Source of the DNA: Candidatus Hamiltonella defensa 5AT (Acyrthosiphon pisum)
GTDB taxonomy: Bacteria > Pseudomonadota > Gammaproteobacteria > Enterobacterales > Enterobacteriaceae
Length of the DNA: 24,000 nucleotides
Direction: 5' to 3'
Assembly (NCBI RefSeq): GCF_000021705.1
Contig: NC_012751.1
Span: 722,608-746,607, forward strand
The notes below the pieces were generated by a model that saw only the letters and a program-made list of their open reading frames with translations, ran no database searches and was not told where the DNA came from. Position 1 is the first letter of the stretch; each line of letters starts with the position of its first letter. Made by a program: the position numbers and the translations under genes. Of the stretch, positions 9,199 through 16,175 are shown in pieces.

Positions 9199-9820
9199 CT
9201 ACCTTATTAATTAAGGATTGAATTAATTGATCTGCTTTCTCATTAAGTCCTTTATAACGGGTTTCTGTTACTGAATAACCCTTATTTTGAGCTTGTCTAT
9301 AAGCAGGCCTTTCAAACAAACAACCTTCTAACACTTCATAACTCGCTTCTGCGATATAAGCTCTTGCATCAGTCTCTTCAGAATCAGTACCTATTCGACC
9401 TAAAGCAAAAACGAGTTTGTCTTTTCGAATGCCTGCTTTTACCAATCCATGAAACACTTTAATAGCAGGAACAAGATCGTCTAAAGAAGCCCCTGTAGGT
9501 TGTACAACGAGATTAGCTACCTGAGATATTTCGAGCGTTCCTTTACTGGCTCGAGCGGGGCCGTCAAGGATAAGTAAATCATAGTCTTCTGAGACTGAAA
9601 GGGCGTGAGCGGCGGTTGAAAATGCCTCTACAGAAACCCGAGGGTGAATATTCGCTTTTAAACGTCTCCTGTGCCATTGAACAGAAGTATCTTGCTCAAT
9701 ATCTAGATCGGCAATCTTTGTGCGCAATCCTCCCTCTGTGGCTTCTCTTGCTAATGCTCTGCTCAGAGTACTTTTACTCACACCGCCTTTTTGTGAGATA
9801 AAAGCAATAATCCACGCCAT
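9185..9820 (-). CDS. parA: ParA-family partition ATPase (start at ATG 9820 with AAGGAA SD; upstream ATG 9847 is an alternative)
   Basis: A deviant Walker A is present in FISQKGGVSKSTLS. A Walker B-like DYDLLILDGP follows. The length of about 211 aa is typical of small type Ib ParA proteins. Confidence 0.85.
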   Translation of the reverse strand: MAWIIAFISQKGGVSKSTLSRALAREATEGGLRTKIADLDIEQDTSVQWHRRRLKANIHPRVSVEAFSTAAHALSVSEDYDLLILDGPARASKGTLEISQVANLVVQPTGASLDDLVPAIKVFHGLVKAGIRKDKLVFALGRIGTDSEETDARAYIAEASYEVLEGCLFERPAYRQAQNKGYSVTETRYKGLNEKADQLIQSLINKVGEYG

Positions 9821-10072
9821 AGGTTTTTCCTTTTTATCATGCTGCATGATTGCTGCAATTCATCTGAAAAATCATTAAGACATATAAAAATACTAATAAC
9901 AAGATTGTTACTATATTGCTGATATATATCTGCAAGATTGCTTCAATCTATCTATAAAATAATTAAAACAGATAAAAACTTTAATAACAAAATTACTGAT
10001 AATTTAAAATATATATAGAAAAATGACACAAAAAATGCTTTGAATGATATCAAATTGTGATACTATAAACAC

Positions 10073-10327
10073 ATGAACAAACGACACCAAAAAATACTAT
10101 CAGATGTGTTCGCCCGTCCGGTGAACGGATCGATAAAATGGAAAGATATTGAATCTCTTTTCATCGCTCTTGGTGCAGAAGTTCACGAAAGAGAAGGCTC
10201 GAGGATTGCCGTATTGCTAAAAAAACAAAAAAAAATCTTTCATAGACCCCACCCAAAACCAACTACTGACAAAGGGGCAGTTAATTCCATTCGGGTGTGG
10301 CTAGATAGCTTAGGAATCAGACCATGA
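10073..10327 (+). CDS. hicA: HicA-family type II toxin (mRNA interferase)
   Basis: 84 aa. ILSDVFARPVNGSIKWKDIESLFIALGAEVHEREGSRIAVLL...IFHRPHPKPTTDKGAVNSIRVWLDSLG fits the HicA pattern (GS...H.PHP). It overlaps the next gene by 4 nt. Confidence 0.8.
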   Translation: MNKRHQKILSDVFARPVNGSIKWKDIESLFIALGAEVHEREGSRIAVLLKKQKKIFHRPHPKPTTDKGAVNSIRVWLDSLGIRP

Positions 10328-10665
10328 ACAATACACTTAAAATTGAGGGCCATGTTGCCGTCATCAACTTTGACCCTGAGATCGAAATGTTTCGCGGTGA
10401 GTTTATCGGCCTCAATGGAGGGGCTGATTTTTACGCTTACAGCGTGGAAGAATTAAAAAAAGAGGGCACAAAATCACTGGCGATTTTTTTTGATGAATGC
10501 TCTAAAGATGGGGTAAATCCTTACAAAACCTTTAAAGGTAAGGTAACCACCCGATTGACCCCTGAGCGACATAAAGCACTTACTGTGACAGCGCAGGCGC
10601 AAGGGGTTTCAATCAATGAACTACTGAATGAAGGGGTTGATTTGGTTATTCAAAAACACGCTTAA
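10324..10665 (+). CDS. hicB: HicB-family antitoxin with C-terminal RHH
   Basis: 113 aa. INFDPEIEMFRGEFIGLNGGADFYAYSVEELKKEGTKSLAIFFDECSKDGVNPYKTFKGKVTTRLTPERHKALTVTAQAQGVSINELL is the classical HicB layout. Confidence 0.85.
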   Translation: MNNTLKIEGHVAVINFDPEIEMFRGEFIGLNGGADFYAYSVEELKKEGTKSLAIFFDECSKDGVNPYKTFKGKVTTRLTPERHKALTVTAQAQGVSINELLNEGVDLVIQKHA

Positions 10666-10715
10666 CATCATCTTGGCCATAAGAACCCGAGGATCTGTTT
10701 TTAAATCTGCATACC

Positions 10716-11279
10716 TCATTGATTGCCTTTAGCAGCCTCGATATATTTATACAGCGTCGGCTTTGAAATCCCCATCATTTCGCAAATCTGATAAACCGTA
10801 TGCTTTTTATCATCGTACAGCTTCACCGACAGAGCTTGTTTATCTTGACTCAAGGCTTTGGGTCTCCCTCCGTGCCGACCTCGAGCACGAGCCGCTTTGA
10901 GGCCCGCCTGAGTTCTTTCTCTGATAAGGTTTCGCTCAAATTCTGCCAAAGCCCCGAAGAGATGAAAAATGAGCTTACCAGAGCTCGATGAAGTATCGAT
11001 GGCTTCCTGAAGACTTTTTAGACCAATCTCTTTTGATCCCAAAAGAGTCACGATGTCAATCAAATCTTTGAGCGAACGGCTGAAGCGATCTAAACGCCAG
11101 ACGACGATAGTATCGCCAGAGCGGGCATAATCTAAAATATTTTGCAAACCAGGGCGTTCTGATTTCGCTCCGCTGAAACGGTCTTCGAAGATTTTTTCGC
11201 ATCCAGCCAGATTGAGTGCATCGAGTTGTAAATGTAAATTTTGATCGTCTGTAGACACTCTCGCATAGCCGAGTAGCAC
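10716..11279 (-). CDS. Serine recombinase (resolvase/invertase family)
   Basis: 187 aa. The catalytic-Ser N-terminus reads MLLGYARVSTDDQNLHLQLDAL. VVWRLDRFSRSL and GALAEFERNLIRERTQAGL are also present. The C-terminal HTH is YQICEMMGISKPTLYKYI. Confidence 0.9.
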   Translation of the reverse strand: MLLGYARVSTDDQNLHLQLDALNLAGCEKIFEDRFSGAKSERPGLQNILDYARSGDTIVVWRLDRFSRSLKDLIDIVTLLGSKEIGLKSLQEAIDTSSSSGKLIFHLFGALAEFERNLIRERTQAGLKAARARGRHGGRPKALSQDKQALSVKLYDDKKHTVYQICEMMGISKPTLYKYIEAAKGNQ

Positions 11280-11301
11280 ACCGCCTCCCTAAAAATAGTC
11301 A

Positions 11302-11355
11302 ATTTACTCGTTTAAATGGAATCTATCTTAACATAGATATATTTACTGAGTAAAT
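11302..11355. promoter_or_regulatory. Three consecutive dyad-symmetric sites upstream of the resolvase gene (candidate res site/operator)
   Basis: Site 1 is ATTTAC-TCG-TTTAAAT (11302-11317, imperfect). Site 2 is ATCTAT-CTTAAC-ATAGAT (11321-11338, perfect 6-bp arms). Site 3 is ATTTAC-TGA-GTAAAT (11341-11355, perfect). Sites 1 and 3 share the half-site ATTTAC. Confidence 0.3.
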
Positions 11356-11482
11356 GAACCGTTTAATACAGTAAGGAAAATTCTATGAGCGTTTTAGGGG
11401 GGTAGTAGAGGAATTTTAGAGAATTTATACGGCAAAAATTTTCTTTTTTTCGAGTGAAGATTTCGGGTTCACGGAGAGCGTT

Positions 11483-12493
11483 ATGAATGAGTTGATTTTA
11501 TGTGATGCTGTAACAACAATCGGCCATGTAAAAAACGAAACGAAATCACCGAACAATCCTGCACTGAGTTATTTGTTACGGTTGAGATCGAAGAAGAGCC
11601 AAAAAACGATGCGTTCCTGTCTGACTAGCGTTTCTTCGATGTTCGGGTGCAACGAACCGTTGCATTTTGACTGGTCCTCGCTGACGAGGGATATGATACA
11701 GGTGGTTCTCCAACGGCTACTGAACGAACACAAAGCCCCAAATACCATTAACCTCATTCTCTGTGCTATTAAAGGGGTTGCCGAAGAAGCCAGAGCGTCA
11801 CGACTGATGGATGCAGACAATTACCATGATGTAAAAAACATAAAGAGAATTAGGGGCGCACGGATAAGTCGGGGTAGAATGCTGGAATGTGCTGAAATTA
11901 AACAGCTTTTTACTTTTTTGGATATTCAGACTACGGGAGCTGCGATACGGGATGCTGCGCTCATATCGCTCATGTTCGGCTGTGGGTTGAGGCGTTCAGA
12001 AGTGGCTGACCTCGATATAGACCATATTGATTTTGAAAATAACAAAATCGACATACACGGGAAAGGCAACAAGGAGCGGATCAACTATATGCCGCCTGAA
12101 ACGGCTAAGCGAATGTGTCTGTGGGTAGACTCGGTGAGGGGCGATCATAGTGGACCACTATTTACTCGGATCAGAAAAAACGATGATGTAACCAGTGACA
12201 GGCTTACCACAAACGGAATTGGCTTTATTATTAAACAACTCGTTACAAAACTGTCACTTAAATCATTCACACCGCATGATTTACGGCGCTCCTACGCTTC
12301 ATTACTACTGGAAAATGGCGAAGATATACTGACAGTGAAAGAAGCTCTGGGTCATGCCAGCGTGGTAACGACTCAACAATACGACAAACGGAGTATCAAG
12401 CGTTTAGAGGCTGCTGCGCTAAACTTTTCATTTGGAAAAAAACATGAGAGAGATAAGGTTGTGGACGGCATCAGAACATACGAAACGGTTTAA
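11483..12493 (+). CDS. Tyrosine recombinase/integrase (XerC/D-like phage integrase family)
   Basis: 336 aa with a GGAGAG SD 5 nt upstream. Catalytic signature: GLRRSEVADL (Arg), HDLRRSYAS (HxxR), ALGHASVVTTQQY (His...Tyr). Confidence 0.9.
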   Translation: MNELILCDAVTTIGHVKNETKSPNNPALSYLLRLRSKKSQKTMRSCLTSVSSMFGCNEPLHFDWSSLTRDMIQVVLQRLLNEHKAPNTINLILCAIKGVAEEARASRLMDADNYHDVKNIKRIRGARISRGRMLECAEIKQLFTFLDIQTTGAAIRDAALISLMFGCGLRRSEVADLDIDHIDFENNKIDIHGKGNKERINYMPPETAKRMCLWVDSVRGDHSGPLFTRIRKNDDVTSDRLTTNGIGFIIKQLVTKLSLKSFTPHDLRRSYASLLLENGEDILTVKEALGHASVVTTQQYDKRSIKRLEAAALNFSFGKKHERDKVVDGIRTYETV

Positions 12494-12583
12494 CACCCTG
12501 AAAGCACCGTTTTTTGTCGAAAAAATAGCAAGTTACACGGAAGCGCCTAGTGTGGGACGTTTATCAGATCATCGTCAATCCAG

Positions 12584-12627
12584 CGCTGATAGTGTCCCCA
12601 TTAAAATTTAAGTGGACACTATCAGCG
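12584..12627. repeat. Perfect 14-bp inverted repeat with a 16-nt AT-rich spacer at the backbone/cargo junction
   Basis: CGCTGATAGTGTCC (12584-12597) and GGACACTATCAGCG (12614-12627) are exact reverse complements. The spacer is ccattaaaatttaagt. Confidence 0.8.
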
Positions 12628-12830
12628 GTGACAGACACCCTACGCCCTACAACATGGCGCTTAAGTATATCTGGCTGGTAAGTTTAACTGAAAATAAATC
12701 TGAAAAACAAAGAGTTATTGAAATGTCGCTGTTTTTTGATAAACCAACCCACACCAAAAGAAACCTGATTAAGCACGGATGGCAAGTGGACGGTCACAAT
12801 TTGATTTCCCCTGAGTGGTGGAGTGAATAA
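12612..12830 (+). CDS. Doubtful small ORF (72 aa with GTG start inside the inverted repeat; internal ATGs at 12654 and 12723)
   Basis: The support is only an open frame that ends 2 nt before the next gene's ATG. There is no recognisable motif and the start is unclear. Confidence 0.2.
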   Translation: MDTISGDRHPTPYNMALKYIWLVSLTENKSEKQRVIEMSLFFDKPTHTKRNLIKHGWQVDGHNLISPEWWSE

Positions 12831-12831
12831 C

Positions 12832-13266
12832 ATGAAAGTTTTGAAAATGTATTTTTTATTATTTGTTTTTTCGTATGGGGCGTTTTGGTCTATCCCAACC
12901 GCGAGAGTCATTTCCCGTCAGATATTCTATATTGCGCTGATATTATACTGTGTGGGTACGATTTTTCATGTGCCTATTTTTGAGTTTATGGCGAAAAGCA
13001 CCACACTGGTTCTGGCTTTTGTGCCTCCAATTTGTTGCTATTCCTACTTCATGCTGCCAATTAAGCGCGAGATCCCGAATATCATTCGAGCCTCTACACA
13101 TGAGGATGCGAGGAATTTTTCACTGACGCTGGAGAATAATGGAAAAATCAGAACGCTTAATCTAATCCACCTAAAGCCTGTGATATTAACTTTTTTCATC
13201 AAATATATTGAATATATTGTTGACTACGCAAAACATAGAAATCTAATCATTAAGGGCGAAGATTAA
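12832..13266 (+). CDS. Hypothetical membrane protein (about 3 hydrophobic segments plus a ~65-aa soluble C-terminus); first gene of the cargo operon
   Basis: ATG at 12832 is preceded by GGAG (ggtggagtgaataacATG). Hydrophobic stretches are MYFLLFVFSYGAFW, IFYIALILYCVGTIF and LVLAFVPPICCYSYFML. ORF track 12823..13266. Confidence 0.6.
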   Translation: MKVLKMYFLLFVFSYGAFWSIPTARVISRQIFYIALILYCVGTIFHVPIFEFMAKSTTLVLAFVPPICCYSYFMLPIKREIPNIIRASTHEDARNFSLTLENNGKIRTLNLIHLKPVILTFFIKYIEYIVDYAKHRNLIIKGED

Positions 13267-13313
13267 GCGGTAAACCGCCAGAAAACAAAAAACTATTCGG
13301 TACTATCGTATGA

Positions 13314-14069
13314 TTGAATCATCAACTGAAAAATATTCTCATGTATGTGCTTGCCGTTGCGGTGATCCTATTTGAAATGAGGCGTTACCTGAAAAAAAAG
13401 AAAATACATTTTTTTTCTATCGCACTATTAGTTTGCATGGCAGTTGTAAGCATCGTTAAATCATTCTTTCTTGATTTTTACATTGTGCCGACAGCCTCAA
13501 TGTCTCCAACCATCCATTCGGGCGATTTAACGCTCTCCTTACCCTACAAAGACCGCCGTGACAAGCTATACAGGGGAGATGTGGTGATATTTCATCCTTC
13601 TGCGTTTCCTAGCTTTATTTATGTTAAACGCATCGTTGGAGTTGCGGGGGATACCGTTTCTTTTAATACGAACAAAGAAATACTGGTTAACAGAAAACCC
13701 GTTAGAATTGAAAAAGAAAAAAACAATTTCAATATAATATACGAAGGAATACAAGATCGTGACGGTAAAACATATCAATATATGACCGACAGGAATAAAC
13801 CGTTTATTGAGCCTATATACACCACTTGGCACGTTCCAGACGGGTATGTTTTTGTCATGGGAGACAACAGAGATAATTCTTGGGATTCTCGCTATTGGGA
13901 AAATCCAGTGGGTACACCGAAAGAATTGAGGGGCTTATTGCCGACAAAAAACATTATCAGTCGCTACATGGAAACCGCGATTAACATCCCATTTTTTAAA
14001 GAGGATTTTGATTTTGGACGCTTGGGATTAAATATAATGGGTGATGCTCAAAAAAAAGGAGAGAAGTAA
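13314..14069 (+). CDS. Signal peptidase I (S26 family, LepB/TraF-like) with an N-terminal TM anchor (TTG 13314 or ATG 13341 start)
   Basis: All the S26 boxes are present: catalytic Ser in PTASMSPTI, then GDVVIF, catalytic Lys in YVKRIVGVAGDTV, and GDNRDNSWDSRYW. Confidence 0.85.
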   Translation: MNHQLKNILMYVLAVAVILFEMRRYLKKKKIHFFSIALLVCMAVVSIVKSFFLDFYIVPTASMSPTIHSGDLTLSLPYKDRRDKLYRGDVVIFHPSAFPSFIYVKRIVGVAGDTVSFNTNKEILVNRKPVRIEKEKNNFNIIYEGIQDRDGKTYQYMTDRNKPFIEPIYTTWHVPDGYVFVMGDNRDNSWDSRYWENPVGTPKELRGLLPTKNIISRYMETAINIPFFKEDFDFGRLGLNIMGDAQKKGEK

Positions 14070-14071
14070 CA

Positions 14072-14665
14072 ATGATTTCATTAACCTTTAAAACCAGTAA
14101 TAAAAATCTGGTGGAAAGGTATAAAGACGCTCTGAACGTCTATGACGACTGGAAAACCAATACAAAAATATCATGTGTTGGGGCTGGGTTTGGTAAATTT
14201 ATGGGGATTGATTTAATGATCCCAATATTCTTTTTTCGCTCACAATCACTGGGTATTGTGAATGTAAATGATTTTGTGGAAATTTCCAAAGTCGGTTCAA
14301 TCATGTCTTTTACAGAACAGGGTAAACATTCAGACTTCTACCAAAAACTCTCAGAATATAGTCAGTCCGCCTTACATTCGATGAAAGTAAAAGACACTTA
14401 CGGGAACAAGGAAAATCACTCGTTCAGCCATGCCGTGACATACACCTTAGATGCGTTTTCGATAGCGAAGCACATTGGCATCGAAACGCATAGTCAGGCG
14501 TGGTTGGTGGAAGACGAACTTATTCTTATTTATCCAACTCTGATTTTTGATAATGACATAAATTACAAAAAGTTAGATGAAAATGACTGGTGGGAGATAA
14601 AAGCGAGCGAGTTTAAAAAGCTCTACATGAAGGGATTATTGAGTGAAGTTAGGCATCCGATCTAA
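14072..14665 (+). CDS. Hypothetical protein (197 aa), no family recognised
   Basis: ATG lies 2 nt after the peptidase stop, with an AAAGGAGAG SD. The protein looks mostly soluble with one hydrophobic patch (GIDLMIPIFFF) and a His-rich stretch (ENHSFSHAVTYTLDAFSIAKHIGIETH). Confidence 0.6.
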   Translation: MISLTFKTSNKNLVERYKDALNVYDDWKTNTKISCVGAGFGKFMGIDLMIPIFFFRSQSLGIVNVNDFVEISKVGSIMSFTEQGKHSDFYQKLSEYSQSALHSMKVKDTYGNKENHSFSHAVTYTLDAFSIAKHIGIETHSQAWLVEDELILIYPTLIFDNDINYKKLDENDWWEIKASEFKKLYMKGLLSEVRHPI

Positions 14666-15011
14666 TTTAACGGTTATATGCGGTGTTGTTTGTCTGTTGT
14701 TAACGGGCTGCGGGGCAAACACAAATACCCGCAATACCGAATTGGCTTACGCGAACAGCAAATATCAGGATTTTACTGGATTCAGTAAAAAAAGTGATGA
14801 ATTGTTGATAGTGAGAAACGAACTGAACCTAGATAACCAAAAAATAAAAGACTTTTATTTTTTGGATGGGAGTCAGGAAACTATAATGAAAGTAAGCCTT
14901 TCAACTATGCCGTGTTCCATGCTGCTGAAAAAGCATAATACATCATCGGGTCTTATGTGGTCCGTATTTGACATGAGTTGCGATGAAAACGAAGGTGATT
15001 ATGCCAATTGA
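14643..15011 (+). CDS. Small lipoprotein (122 aa)
   Basis: The signal peptide ends in a lipobox: VICGVVCLLLTG|C. It has a GTG start overlapping the preceding gene by 23 nt. Confidence 0.65.
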   Translation: MKLGIRSNLTVICGVVCLLLTGCGANTNTRNTELAYANSKYQDFTGFSKKSDELLIVRNELNLDNQKIKDFYFLDGSQETIMKVSLSTMPCSMLLKKHNTSSGLMWSVFDMSCDENEGDYAN

Positions 15012-15267
15012 ACACTTAATCACCAGCACGGTATTGTTCACCGCATTATCCGCAACAGCAATGTGAAAACTGCTTTTCATAGGATATTCACTCACCTATT
15101 TGCTAGCAAAAACATACAGTAAAGTCGCTTCTGCGGATATGAGGACTGTGCTAGGAACGGAATATATTCAATACATGAACGGGCAACAAATAATCACCAA
15201 TGAAGGCATACATGTGATCGATGCGAGTGCTAGGTTGACTTTTCAAACACTGACGTTCATGCAATAA
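15001..15267 (+). pseudogene. Small two-TM membrane ORF (88 codons) interrupted by an in-frame TGA at 15064-15066
   Basis: From ATG 15001 the frame reads MPIEHLITSTVLFTALSATAM*KLLFIGYSLTYLLAKTYSKVASADMRTVLG...TFMQ*, all in one frame. It overlaps the lipoprotein stop and ends 14 nt before the next gene. It is not in the ORF track because each half is under 60 aa. Confidence 0.4.
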
Positions 15268-15281
15268 AATCAAGGTAAAAA

Positions 15282-16175
15282 ATGAAAAGAAGACGTTACA
15301 GGAAGAAAACACCGCCACTGAATATACATCTGTTTCTGTGTGCTCTTTATATCGCGGGTGCTGTTTTCATGGATTTTCACTTTATCGTTTTATTGATTGG
15401 ATTGGTGATCCCTTACTTGGGGGTGATAACCCTATCCCCGTATGCGAAAGTCGTTCGGCTTTACAAAAAAGGGAACCCTGAGTGGGCGACAATCAACGTT
15501 AAAATAAAATCTCCTTTTTTAAATCCGTATATGACGATACCTATTATTATCATTACGATATTAGCAATATTTTTTATGGGCTATGACTATGTTTTTGCAC
15601 GGCTTATAGTTCATTACGGTGTTTTTGAGGTTAGAGATGCACTGGCGATATTTCGTAGTGAAAACATCATTAATACCTACTTCAACCGCGATCACATAAA
15701 TGCCTATGGCTATTTTATAGTAGGCTTGATTCACGCCATCACGCTATATCTGATCGCCCTCTATGCAACAACCTCCCTGTACCGATATAAGCAACAAACC
15801 ATGTTCACTGGCGTTATTAGGCAAGCCACGCAAAGCAAAGAAACTTTGGAGTTTATCCGAACGCTCTCTTGGCGTGAGTTTGAGGAATTTGTCAGGGAGT
15901 TGTTCAAAAGCAAAGGGTTTGAAGCCCAAACGACAAAGTACGGTCTAGACAACGTGAAAGATATTATCCTGCAAAAGGACGGCATGAAAGCCATTGCACA
16001 ATGTAAACACTGGAAAACAGAACAGGTTGGAATCGCAGTGGCAAGGGAAATGATTGGCGTATTGGAAGCAGATAAAGAAGCCACTCACGTTTTTTTAGTG
16101 ACTTCGGGATCGTTCTCGAATGACGCTATTCTATTCAGGAAACAAGTCGCTGACAGGCTCACGTTGATTAGGTAA
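15282..16175 (+). pseudogene. 4-TM membrane-anchored Mrr-like (Mrr_cat, PD-(D/E)XK) restriction-endonuclease-domain protein, C-terminus replaced by antisense intron copy C after codon 295
   Basis: Four N-terminal hydrophobic helices are present. The C-terminal domain reads LSWREFEEFVRELFKSKGFEAQTT..GLDNVKDIIL..AIAQCKHWK...VGIAVAREMIGVL...VFLVTSGSFSNDAILF, matching the Mrr_cat pattern (D...QxK). The last two codons and the stop (IR*) come from intron sequence starting at 16167. Confidence 0.75.

Noticed and set aside
11483-16175. Integron (integrase followed by cassettes with an attC-like inverted repeat)
   Set aside because: The integrase is co-directional with the downstream genes rather than divergent. 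Only one inverted repeat is present. That repeat is perfect, with no extrahelical bases or GTTRRRY ends. The downstream genes overlap like an operon rather than being separated by attC sites.
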